Shown one piece after another: positions 10,192 through 21,406 of a stretch of DNA of 63,245 nucleotides; within the stretch, counting starts at the first letter, position 1; each line of letters starts with the position of its first letter. Under the pieces are notes generated by a model. That model was given only the letters and a program-made list of their open reading frames with translations, was not told the DNA's origin and did not search any database. The stretch is from the NCBI GenBank assembly GCA_002269645.1, contig NIVC01004040.1, positions 1 to 63,245 on the forward strand, given 5' to 3'. A program made the translations under genes and the position numbers. This DNA is from Macrostomum lignano (lineage: Eukaryota).

Positions 10192-12383
10192 TAATGGCAA
10201 TTTCGTTCGCTTCTTTTACTTTACTACATCTATATGAGTAAGCTGGGTGTTCTTCGCCGCAGTTTGCGCATTTAAATTTGCTTTCTTTCGGGCAGTCTGC
10301 AGAATAGTGATCTCCCGCACATTTGTTACACCTGTAGGTTGCTGTGCATCTGTTTTCATGATGCCCTAATCTCTGACATTTTTTACATTGGATTGCTTTT
10401 ACCGGAGCTAAATTAATAGACTCTTCGCATTTAAATTTGCTGTAACCAAGGTAGACTCCATGCTGGATGCATCTTTCCATCGTGCCCTTGCTCTTAGTGA
10501 AGAGGCGGATGTGCGGAGTAGGTGCACCAGTTGCCCTAGAGACAATGCGCACAGCGCCGTCAATTGGTAGTTGCTGCTCTGAGTCTGCCAAGTGTTTGGC
10601 TAGCATGTGTGCGTCTACGGTGATTGGCACATGTTTTACGATAAACGAGTACGTTGTTGGTGATTTTAGTGGAGCACGCGCCTGATCATCTCCTTGTCTT
10701 ATTGGCCTTTTGGCTGCTGTGCGTCGCGTGACTTCGTGGTTATTAATTTTATTTATTTTGAGAATAGCTGTTAATAGTGTGTTGAAGTCCTTAGGGTGAT
10801 CTGGAATCACGATGTAGCCGGAGCTATGGTATAGGTCCTTAACCGACCTGATGCGAACGTCTGGGAAATTTGTTTTCAGAAACCATTCGAATTTGATGGG
10901 ATCTTTGCCTTCTTGGTCGATTTCAAAGATGACAGGTGCTGAGTTAGTAGATTTTTGAGTATTATTAGTTTTAGGATGGTAGTTTAGAGTTGTAGAGTTT
11001 AGTTGGCTAGATTGGTTAGATTGGTGAATGTTAGGTTGCTGAGTAGCTGGCAGCTTGTAGTTGTTAGGTGGTTGAGTTTGGTCGCCTGATTGCTGAGTGT
11101 CTGAAGTGTCTGCTGATTGTTTGCATGTGGTTGCAGAGTTGCTGAGTGCTTCGGCAGAGTGCTAGACTGAGTGGCTGACTGTAGTGTACCTGATGGCTGA
11201 TTTGACAGAGTGTGCCTGCTGAGTGTTTGTTGAATGTTGCTGAGTGCCTGATTGAGTGTGTTGTTTGGTGCTAGACTGAGTGGCTGACTGCTGAGAGCCA
11301 GTGAGCTGGTTAGCTGTTTGAGATTGCTGAGTGCTTGATTTGTGCCCCGAAGTGCAGCTGTTCGAACGTGATCTGATCTTTTTCAGATTTTCGGCTTCTT
11401 GCTCTGCTCTGCGACGAACCGAATTTTCGTCGTCCAGATCGCAGGTGATATCGTTGTCAAGAGGCTGCACGCAAGGGTTTGCAAGAGCAGAAGCAGGAGC
11501 AGGATCAGGTGGGATTCTGCTATCATACGTTAGCCTGAATGTTAGATTTACTCTTGCCTCTTTGACTTTTAGGTCCTTAAGGACGGCGTGCTGGAAGTGT
11601 GCCTGTGTCGCACCCCCCATTACCAGCAGAGAACCACTGGCGAGTTTTTGGGACCAAGCGATGTTGGTGGAGCCTTTGGTTCGTAAGTGGAAGTCACGTG
11701 CGGCACCAATAGAGATAGAGGCTATGGTCGGATTAGCCCCTAGTTCGTCTTCATCGTCTGAGTGCCAAGGAATGTGCACGGACCCATCTTTGTAATAATT
11801 TACGAGGCATGAGTTGAAGACGGGTAGACCAAACTCAGCGCTCAGCCAAGTAGCAAGACTAGTAACCAACGGGTGCCAGTCGTCATTGGCCGGAATCTTA
11901 GTTCCCCCGTAGCTATATTCTGGCCTGAACCATACAATTTTGCGGGCTTCAGGACGGCCTTTTGTGAGATGGTGAAAGGCTTTTGGCCTGGATTTCGTCG
12001 GTTAGTATTTTGAGTATTTGATTTTCCGAGCTCTTAAGAGCAACCGGGTAGTAGCAGATGTTGCTGTTGTTTGGCAATGTGACAGTTTTCTCATCAGTCT
12101 TGTCAGCTATTGGAATTCGTATTATAGTTGTTTTACCATGTTCTTTTCTAACCTCTAAACTGTCCCTTTTAGGGGGAGGCAAAGGCTCAGCCCGCTCACC
12201 TTTGGACGTGCCGGTTTGCGGAGGCGTCTCGGGCAGCGGCGCGTTTGATGGAGACAGCATGGTCTTAGGTTCGGATCTTCGGCTTGGACCAGCTGAGTCT
12301 CGGTGATTGGCTTTTTTTGAGTTTGCAATCGGAGGTGAGTCCGTGTCGCGGGCACTGCGTTTGCTGTTACACTCAACGTTCAT
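10192..12383 (-). pseudogene. LINE ORF1: disordered N-terminus - AlkB domain - Q/S/T linker - RRM-like region - three CCHC knuckles
   Basis: Assembled from ORFs 11949-12383, 11162-11869 and 10064-10810. 1-nt frameshifts occur near 11981-11984 and in the linker. Knuckles are CKKCQRLGHHENRC, CNKCAGDHYSADC and CANCGEEHPAYSYRC. The ORF is cut at 10192 by the CACTA element. Confidence 0.8.
11525..12060 (-). CDS. AlkB-family (ALKBH2/3-like) 2OG-Fe(II) dioxygenase domain
   Basis: GRPEARKIVWF..YSYGG, NSCLVNYYKDG, HSD (HxD), SISIGAARDF, GSLLVMGG, HAV (distal His) and RVNLTFR (RxxxxxR). All iron and 2OG ligands are present. Confidence 0.92.
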
Positions 12384-14097
12384 TGACCTTAATAAAACAG
12401 TGGCCTATTTTACAAGAAAAAATCCTTAGAATATAAAACTATTAATAATAAAACTTATAAAACTTAAAAAATACTACTGATAGTAGGTCAAAGTAGACTA
12501 AATACAAGATAAGTCCTTAAGCTATCCTGGCCTGTCGCTTTAGGAGCAGATTCGCGCGAGACCGGCCGGCCGATGAGGAAGCCGCTGAGCGAAGCCTCTG
12601 ACTGTTTTTACCCTGGCTGTCTCTCTGGCAGCTTGTCTAAGGGTTGTGCGCAATCCGATTGGCCTAGCCAATTCTTAAGGGTCCGCCCCGGAGGGGCTGT
12701 GCCCATTACAAATACTAAACCCTATTCTTATTTCTAACCATTTTTTTGGCCCTCGGCCTTGGTTTAGGGGGGGGGGTGCCCGGAGTGAGTAGGTTCTCTG
12801 GACTGCAGTGTGGCTAGGACGGGACTGAGCCCCCCGGTCGAACCCGCCCTGCAGGAAAGAAAGACCTATTCACAAAGGTGTACGGTAGACCCAGTAGCAT
12901 GCCAGCCCTGAGGCTGAGCACCCGGGCTGCAGGCCGGCAAGCTGCCTGCTTTAGGGCTATGGTGCTCCTCCCCACTGCCATTCTTTTTTTCTGGGCTGGC
13001 ATCCCAGCGCGGTTTTATCCCCTGCTTTTATCTAGTTTTAGCTTAATTAGGCCTTGAGCCAAATCCAATTTCTCTGGAGTTATGAGCTCTGCCCTCGCCC
13101 GGTCCATCTTGCCCTGTCCTCGGGTCCATCTCCTGGCTCCTGCTGTAAGGTCCCTGCTTGCGTGTCTCTGGCTCTCATCCTGACAGTGGATTGGTGTCCT
13201 GGGAAGGATGTTCGTCCCGTACCGGGGACAACCGGCTGAGTCCGGAGTCCTCTTGCCCTGGGTGCCTCTTCTCCCGACCCCTTGGCCTGGCCCCCAATAA
13301 TGAGCTGGATAGGCGATGCCCTTGGGTTGGCAGCAATAGAGGTGAACGGTCTTCCCGCCTGGAGTCTCCCCCTCGGATACAAGCCTTCCAGACTCACTCC
13401 AAAATAGAGCTGGGTAGTGAAAAGCCTTGAGGCTCGAGACCTACAGTTGACGGGTGCTGTATAGGATCGCTCTTGGTAAATTAGCTGCCCAGACTCGCTC
13501 CAATAGTTTAAGCCATTTCCAAGGTTTAGGAGTAGTTCCTCACTTGGACCGCTTTCAGTAGTATCCCAAACTTTTCGTTTTCAAATTTCTCTGCGCACAC
13601 CCAAAAGACTTGCTGGCTGGGGGATGGTCTGGGTGGATTCGGTCCTAGCACCGTCCCTGATTCCACTGTTGGTTTGGCGGTGTCTTGTACCATAGGCTTG
13701 AAGTCCCTCGCCCTTTCCCTAGCTTTAAGCTGGGGCCCAACTAAATTGGTGTTTCGGGTATCTCGGGTACACAGTCTTATCTGTGCCCTTGGCAGTGCCC
13801 TCTGCGGCAGAGCCCCTCCCAGGGCTGATCCGCGGGTAGCAAAGCTTCCCACCCCGTTTAACAACAAAACCGTGGCCGAGTCGACGAGCCGTTGCCGAGC
13901 CGCCGCTGGCTGCGTCACCGAGCCGCGCCGCCTAGTCGCGCCGCCGCCGCCGCGCCGGACCGCCTAGCCGAGTCGCCGAGCCTGGTCGAGCCGCTGGTCG
14001 AGCCGAGCCGAGCCGAGCCGAGCCAGAAGCCGAGCCGAGAGCCGAGTGCCGTCAGAGAGCCGCCAGTCGCCAGGAGAGCCGCCAGTCGCCAGGAGAT

Positions 14098-14315
14098 TGT
14101 AACGACCCAAGTGAGTAAGTTTGAAATTGACAAGTAGGTATACGTCGCCCCACACTGTGGATAACGATTATAGCTTGTTGTCAAGTGCTTGCTTGTCACC
14201 GGAGAGGCTACAAAACAAGCAAAAAGAGGCCCTACAAAACAAGCAGAGAAGGTTGTTTTATTTTCAGCGCCGACCGCATCCTTTATATACTAAATTTTAG
14301 GGGAGAAAGATTACA
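14098..14315 (-). mobile_element. Short LTR-like unit (218 bp)
   Basis: TGTAA...TTACA inverted termini. On the minus strand it has TATATAAA (14289-14282) and AATAAA (~14262-14257). No TSD found. Confidence 0.45.
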
Positions 14316-14838
14316 TTAAAACAAAATTGATGAGTTAAACAAAACTAGAGAAATTATTTGATTGGTGGAGAAATTTTGCTCGCGTTTAACTACTGTTAGT
14401 AGAGATTACCGGGTAATTAACTTCTGCCTCAACTGGCTTCCCTTACTTAAATTTTCGAATAAAAATATGAGTGAAAAAATTTAACATAGTATTATAAGTA
14501 GTATACAAATGAGAATCGGTAAGGATATATACATTGAATATACGCACGTTCGAGAGTATTAAACAATAATAAGTATAGTGAGCAACGCAAAGAAGCAGGA
14601 TTATTATGAGTGTGAGCATAATCAATAAGTATGAGCAATAAGATAAACGAAAATAAGCGAGATAAGCAAATTAAGCAATAGGTATACATATTAGCAATAG
14701 GTAGGTTATAAGCAAAATAAGCGATAGGGGCACATAAGCAGTAAGTTCATATAAGCAAAGTGAGCAAAGGCATATATCAAATAAGCAAATAAGCAATAAG
14801 TAGTAATAGAGCATGTTGTCAAAATGAGTAATAGTTAT

Positions 14839-15566
14839 TTAGTTATTAACGTTCATTCCGAACTCAACCGGTAGGCTGTGCCGGACTGGCCAGCCGATAA
14901 GCTCTGCTGTCCAGCAGACTTCATGGCGTAGCTGCAGTTGCTGGTGCGCCCACCCTGATTGCATGATTGACTGCAATGCATACATGACCGCTCGCCTCCA
15001 GGCGGCTACGGCCTGTTCGTGGCTAAATGCGGCCTGCAGTTCGCGGAGCGGGGTCTCGGCCTCGTTGGTTTGCGGCAGAAAATCTCGGCCGTCCAACCTT
15101 AATAGCGCCACTCTCATGTAATAAGTTTTGAGTCGGCCGATCAGTTGCTTGTAGGTATCGTGCTTGCTGCCGGGGATTTCTGCCAGAATGCTTGAATAAT
15201 TGGCGCCATAGGCCATTAGTTCTTGTGATGCCGGCCGCCGATTGACGTGCACCGCCGGCGGAGTCGCTGGCGCGGCGACGGCGGTCTCGATCTCGCTGGT
15301 GTCGGCGGCTCCCGCTGTGGCGGCTTTGGCTGGATGAGCCGCTGTTTCTTCGCCGCAACGTATTGAGTAGGAGTCGACCCAGCTGGATATCGCTTAATTA
15401 AAGATGCTTTGGGCACCACCGGTTTCTCTGCCTGCCGCCTTAGCAGAGCTTGCCGCGCCTCAGGGTCGTGCGGCACGGGCGGCATCCTTTTGATCACGAC
15501 TGACTTCAGCCTTGTATTTCGCTGATTGTCCACCACTTCGTTTGATGAAGCATGTACTGCATTCAT
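14839..15566 (-). CDS. Orphan ORF pair (15216-15566 and 14839-15252), probably one frameshifted ~240-aa gene
   Basis: Overlapping GC-rich ORFs inside AT-rich flanks. The N-terminus is Pro/Arg-rich and the C-terminus looks helical. No family recognised. Confidence 0.35.
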
Positions 15567-15613
15567 AATATAATTAACATCGTACTTGTTTTTTCCGAGG
15601 CATACCTCATACG

Positions 15614-15990
15614 AAAGTTACCAGATGTTACCAATTTATTTGAAAAGTTCCCAAAAGTTTCCGTACGTAATGAGTCATGCAGGGCGCTCGCCACTCATGA
15701 GGCCACTGATAAGTTACCATAAGTTGCCGAAAATTCCCTAAAACTCACCAAAAAGTGCCAAAAGTTTCCAAAATGTTGCCATTTTTTACCTCTCCAAAAA
15801 GTTACCAAAAGTTACCATTCGCCGCGCTCAATGTTCCTAAAAGTTGCCAAACAGATAGCCAATCAGTGCACGCCACGGCGGCGCCCACCTCTTCAACTTG
15901 AAAAGTAACCACAAGTTACCAAAATTTACCACTATATTTAGCCATAAATTGCCATAAGCTACCAAATGTTCCCACAAATTGTTCCCATAA
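15614..15990. repeat. Dispersed degenerate ~10-bp motif array (AAAAGTTACC-like)
   Basis: More than 15 variants are visible (aagttacca, aaagttccc, aagttgcc, aaagtttcc, aaatttacc). Confidence 0.75.
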
Positions 15991-16469
15991 TTTTTCAACG
16001 GGCAGACTGGTGCCGTCTGGTGAGAGCCAACTCGAGTCAACACGAATCGACTGGGGTACGCAGGCGGATGAAACAAGCAGAATGTCATGCGAAGATTTCT
16101 CTGGCGGTTCAAGAAATCAGTGAGTTATTGAAGCACATGTGTTGAAAAGCCATCACAAGTAAATTTTAGCATTTACAGAATTGCTACCTTGGCCCTACAT
16201 GCTAAAATTCCTGCTGCATTGGCATTGAATGAATATGAAGTACCTTTAGATTGGGTGCGTAAGTCAAATTTGGAGACTAAAATTTAGGATATGGGCTATT
16301 TAAGATATATAGGTAAAACTTGATTGTAGTTTTGGTACCCCAATGGTCTAATCTAATAACATTCTAAGAATTTCTTTAATGGACATTCTGAGAATTTCAG
16401 CTAATGGGATTTCTGAGATTTTCAGCTAATGGGATTTCTGAGATTTTCAGCTAATGGAATTCTAATGGG

Positions 16470-17280
16470 CTAATGGCCCGAATGCCCGATGATTCACCTT
16501 AGGAACACCTTGTTAGAGGCACCTAAGCGGTTGAGCTGCCCGATACAGTCGAGGACTGTACGCGAACAGGTGGTGGTGCGCTCAAGGGCGTGAATCGCCG
16601 CTTGACTGTCTTAGTGGAGGGTAATTTCATTCCCCCAGACGCTTGATTGTACAGCTCCATGGCGCAGGAGCTGATGGCGAGAACTTCGTTCTGGAAGACG
16701 GTGGAGCAGGTGCCGGTGTGTTGGGAGAAGTCGCCACAGTTCTCCCTCCAGACACGATGCAGTAGCCGTAGCCAGAGGCGGAGTTGATTTGGGACCCATC
16801 AGTGAAGCAGTGGATTTCATGGGGTTTCCAGTTGTCTCTTGTTTCATGACGTGGTGGAATGCTGGTTTTGAATTTGAGCGGAGGGCAGAGCGTGGACGGG
16901 ATTCCGTCCGAGAGGGTCAGCAGCCCTCCCACTGCTTCCAGGTCACGCAGGCTGAGGTCGCCATGCGGCCGGAGGTTCCGCTTTCTGAAGGCGAACTTAG
17001 CTCCCTCCTTCACCTCCTTTGCTGCCTTTCTCTTCTGAGCTGGCCGATCTACTGGATCGCATGTGTGCGGGGCAAGGGCTTCTGGATTAGGACACCCGCG
17101 TCAACCTGAACTAGCTGAACAAGAAGGAGTTCGAAGGGCGTAGAGGGAGCCGCGCTCATGATAGCTCGACAAGCGCGGCCTTGCACCCTATTTAGAACCT
17201 CAAGAACCCCTTTCACCTCTAGGGCACTATTCCAAATGAAAATTGACTTGACAAGTGAAATCGATTGGCGCATTACCTGT
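16470..17280 (-). pseudogene. RNase H-bearing non-LTR retrotransposon fragment (RT C-terminus + RNase H)
   Basis: LNRVQGRACRAIMSAAPSTP (RT C-terminus) and HCFTDGS (RNase H Asp1), followed by frameshifted TVFQNEVLAI and DSQAAIHAL motifs. Confidence 0.8.
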
Positions 17281-18967
17281 TGATTCCCAAAGGCAACGAA
17301 AGCAGGCTTGATAATCAGCTTGAGCCTTACCAGACATCAAAAAGAAGGCAAGTGGTACCTGCCTCTCCTGCCCATCAAAGCGAATTGCACCGTGTACACT
17401 GTAAAGCTGTTTCAAAGTTGCCTTGACAATGCTAAAAGTTCCGTCGCACTGCAAGATTCGTCGGGATGATAATATTTCTCGCTGAGTTGTTGTCATGAAG
17501 ACGAAGTGTCGCCCGTTTGTCTCAGGAACTGTCACATCCTGCAAATGAAACTGGGCAGGTACATGTCTAGGATCAACTTGGAAAGGTATGTCAGCAGGTT
17601 CCATGGGGCGATCTTTTGACAACCTTCATCAAAAAGAAGGCAAGTGGTACCAGCCTTTTGCTGGTACCAACCTGCCCATCAAATCGATTTGTCTCAGGAA
17701 CTGTTACATCCTGCAAATGAAACTGGGCAGGTACATGTCTAGGATCAACTTGGAAATGTATGTCAACAGGTTCCATGGGGCGATCTTTTTTGCGACTGTA
17801 ATGACAAGTGAAATCAATTGGCGCATTACCTGTTGATTCCCAAAGGCAACGAAAGCAGGCTTGATAATCAGCTTGAGCCTTACCGGACATCAAAAAGAAG
17901 GCAAGTGGTACCTGCCTTTCCTGCCCATCAAAGCGAATTGCACCTTGTACACTGTAAAGCTGTTTCAAAGTTGCCTTGACAATGCTAAAAGTTCCGTCGC
18001 ACTGCAAGATTCGTCGGGATGATAATATTTCTCGCTGAGTTGTTGTCATGAAGACGAAGTGTCGCCCGTTTGTCTCAGGAACTGTCACATCCTGCAAATG
18101 AAACTGGGCAGGTACATGTCTAGGATCAACTTGAAAATGTATGTCAACAGGTTCCATGGGGCGATCTTTTTTGCGACTGTAATTAGCATTGCGACTTAAT
18201 GACTCAATACTAAGCACCTCCTGCACTTCTGGTGAAAATTCTCTTACCTTCTCCTCCACAATAATTCTAGCAGAAGTAAACAACATGCGCTTTGCTCCCT
18301 CTTTTACCTCCTTTGCTGCCTTTCTCTTCTGAGCTGGCCGATCTACTGGATCGCATGTGTGCGGGGCAAGGGCTTCTATGGTTCCATCAGCCCGGCGAAC
18401 GGCGGAGCCATGACAGTGCAGTGATAAACGCTTAGTGCAGCGATAGTACGTGTTGCCATTTCGCCGCGTTTTTGCATCCATCAGGTGGCCAAGGTCTCGT
18501 TGGACGTACTGCCCTAGAAGGTCTTTTCCGTGACTGCATCCCGCACCTGTAAGAATCTCAAAGGGCTGGGGAGGTGGGCTGCGGGGCGGTGCAAGCTCTG
18601 CTGGAGGAATTTGAATGGATTCTTCCAGAGCTGGATCAGGGTCGTTGAAATCTGCATACTGGTAAAGAACATTTTCCGCTTGTGCCGGAATCAGATGCAC
18701 TGGTTCTGGATTTTCAGCAGGTACAGCTGCTGGTCCAGCATTTGGGGCTTGTACCACTGCAGCCTCTGCAGGTTGGGACACTGCTAAGTTACCTGCAGGA
18801 CCCCGTCTATTGCACTGATTGCAAAGCCAGAAAAACTCACCGACATTTCTCATTGCAGCATACTGAGACATTGTGACACGACTATCACATGCACGGTGCT
18901 GCCAATTCAGGCATTGAGAACACTCAATTGCTTCTTGTCCATCGAGAACCGGCTGCAGACACCACAC
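17227..18967 (-). mobile_element. Mutator-like (MULE) transposase remnant, PHD-FLYWCH-MULE, with internal tandem duplications
   Basis: CSQCLNWQHRAC..WLCNQC (PHD), YYRCTKR..CHG..HTC (FLYWCH-like) and LQCDGTF..QLYSV..PLAFFLM (MULE). A block of ~340 bp is repeated at ~17275-17610 and ~17825-18160. Confidence 0.85.
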
Positions 18968-21406
18968 ATGGATATGCGCCTGCCATTTTGTATCTGAGTT
19001 CTTAGACTGTTTGTTGTCAGTGAATGAAACAGATAAATTTTAAACAGGCATAAAATTTACCCTGTTTTTATCCCTTTTAAACAAGTAAATTAGTCTCAAC
19101 CAATAAGAGAAGAGAAGCTATAACTGGTTTTAGATGAAGAAGAAATAGAGATTTGTTTATTACGAAATATGTTAACAACTTTTTAGGTGCCTACTGTAAG
19201 TAGGAAATTAAGACCCGTAACCATTTTTGTCTTTAACCCAATTACTAATAAAATTTTCTGACTGTCTGTCTAACCCCCCCCCTTGCAACCCCACATCTGC
19301 CCTCCCCATTCTATCCAATAGTAAACCAGTTGTCATTTTCTGTGACCCCCACCCCAGATGTGGCCATCTTGGTCTTACACCATAGCAACAGGCCTAAACA
19401 CTAAATAGCAAACGATTGACAAATAACTAATGACATAACATAAGATATTATTTAGTAGGTCTGGTATAATAGTAGGGGTAGTAGACAAGACAATGCATAG
19501 GCTAGACAATGGAATGGCCAATATTGGCAATAACTCACAATAATTGTAATAAAAAGCTAGCTTATCCAAATTCCAAAGTGTAGGTTATTTATTTCCTATT
19601 TCTCTAATGGATTAGAAAAAAGGCAATAGACATTTTCTACCTGGCTTTATGGCAAAAGAGCTGATGCTAGGTCTACCGCTAAGCCCTAATGCAAAAATGC
19701 AAGTGATGAAAGCAAAGCAAAAATCACAAGGTCACATCACATGATGAAGAATCACATGGTTGCTTCAAGGACCTAATTAAAAATTAAAAAATGGTGCGAA
19801 CAAATTTTCAAAACTCATTTTATTTTCATAAATTAAGTTTTAATAAAAAAATACATTACGGCTTCATTATTTTCTTAGCAAATTTTGTTAAATTTCACGT
19901 TTTTGTGAATATTCCGCAAAAGCACCCTCATCAATAATTCATTTTTTTTCTCTAAGAACCTTTGAAATTCAAAAGAGTTAGCGCACAAAAAACACTTACA
20001 TTAAATGAGAAGTTATTATTTTTATTTTAAAAAATCATCCCCGTTGCCTGAATTTGCGAAAATCGTTAAAAGTATGAATTTGTGAAAAGTCGGTCAACTA
20101 ACGAGGTTCATTTTTAGTATATAGAAGATTGCAGTGTAAGATGGTTTGATTAGTTGATTGCATGTGCGCAAGTTTACTAGCCCGTATGTACATTTGTTCG
20201 CTGTACAATCATAATATATGAGTGCCTTGGCGCCCTGGGCAGCCAAGAGTCGGTCTACGCCTAAGCCTATTTCTCGTATTCGCTTGTTCTTACACAGTAA
20301 TTTGATTTTTAATACATAATCATGAGCATCGACGAACATCGTATTCGAAAAATTAAGGCACGAAAAGTATCTTGGTGGCTTCTCGTACTCTGATACCGAT
20401 GGCCTTATTGATATTGTATCATGGAAAGGTGCGCCATCTGCTGTCGGTGAACAACTCAGCATCGAGTATTACGGAAGCCAGCAGTTAGTAAAGGTGCTTT
20501 GGATGTCAGGTAAGAGTATGTTTTTCTATCAGCTTGTTTTCAGTGCGGCGTAGGGATCAGTAAATATGTACATGTACATGCTTTTTACATTTTTTCTTAA
20601 GTTTTCAACTGCCGATTACCTAAAATTGGTTTTTGCTAGTCTGAAAATTTAGAAAACCAAAGCGCTGTTCGACAAAGTGACTACGACTCTGGCTCATCGA
20701 TGCAACCTCGCGCCATTGTCACGGAAAAGCAGAGACGAGAGAATGGTAACAAAGACACAAATGACGGTTTTCTGGAGGTTTCTGCGACTACTAGATCAAA
20801 GCAGCAGTAGCAAAGGTCTTTGAGTGCTGGCAAGAAAGCAGTGAACGCAGTGACCGCAGCAATCGAGTGCCCAATAAAAAGCACAAAAGCATAAATCGCG
20901 GCTGGACGCGCTAAATCGTCTGAATCTGCAACAGTTGTCAGAATTGTCGAGCCCGGCTCTCAGCAATCACAAGCAGCTTGTCAGGCGTCAGCAGCAGCAA
21001 TGAACGACCCGTGCGTCAGGGAGATTGTGAATACAACCCATCTTGATCGAGTGCTAGAGAGTGTCTAAAAATTATCAGCTTTAACCAGTCTAAGAAAAAT
21101 GACACTTTCTTCGTAATGAACAATCTGATTGCCGAACGCCTGAGGACGTTCGGTATTTTGCAAAGCTGCTCTCGCGACTCGAGTCGTGGGTTCGCAAGGT
21201 ACCCATTGCAAGGATCGTTGACCTTGAAGATAAGATAAACGAGCTTTATTATGCAGTATCTTTATCGTATACAAAATCTTGCAAAAATCTTATAATACAA
21301 AATTATCTAAAGACATTTTGGTCGTAATCGGCAATGTCATCAGTCTAGCGTAGCCAGGGGGCGTATCACTCCCCAATGGCGTTAAAAGGAAGCCAAGCAG
21401 AGTGTA

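Larger units (their letters stand above)
2678..14236 (-). mobile_element. Non-LTR retrotransposon (Jockey/I group) with AlkB-containing ORF1, interrupted by nested insertions; endonuclease domain missing
   Basis: ORF1 (12383-10192) and ORF2 RT (~5575-3505) lie on the same strand. The span is flanked by the 30-bp direct repeat AAACAAGCAGAGAAGGTTGTTTTATTTTCA (2648-2677, 14237-14266). The 3' end (minus sense) has a TGAAA-type tail. Confidence 0.65.

Noticed and set aside
20640-21290. Possible MADF/BESS-like accessory gene (FAKLLSRLESWVRKVP..LEDKINELYY)
   Set aside because: The match is short and weak, has many stops, and has no linked Harbinger transposase.
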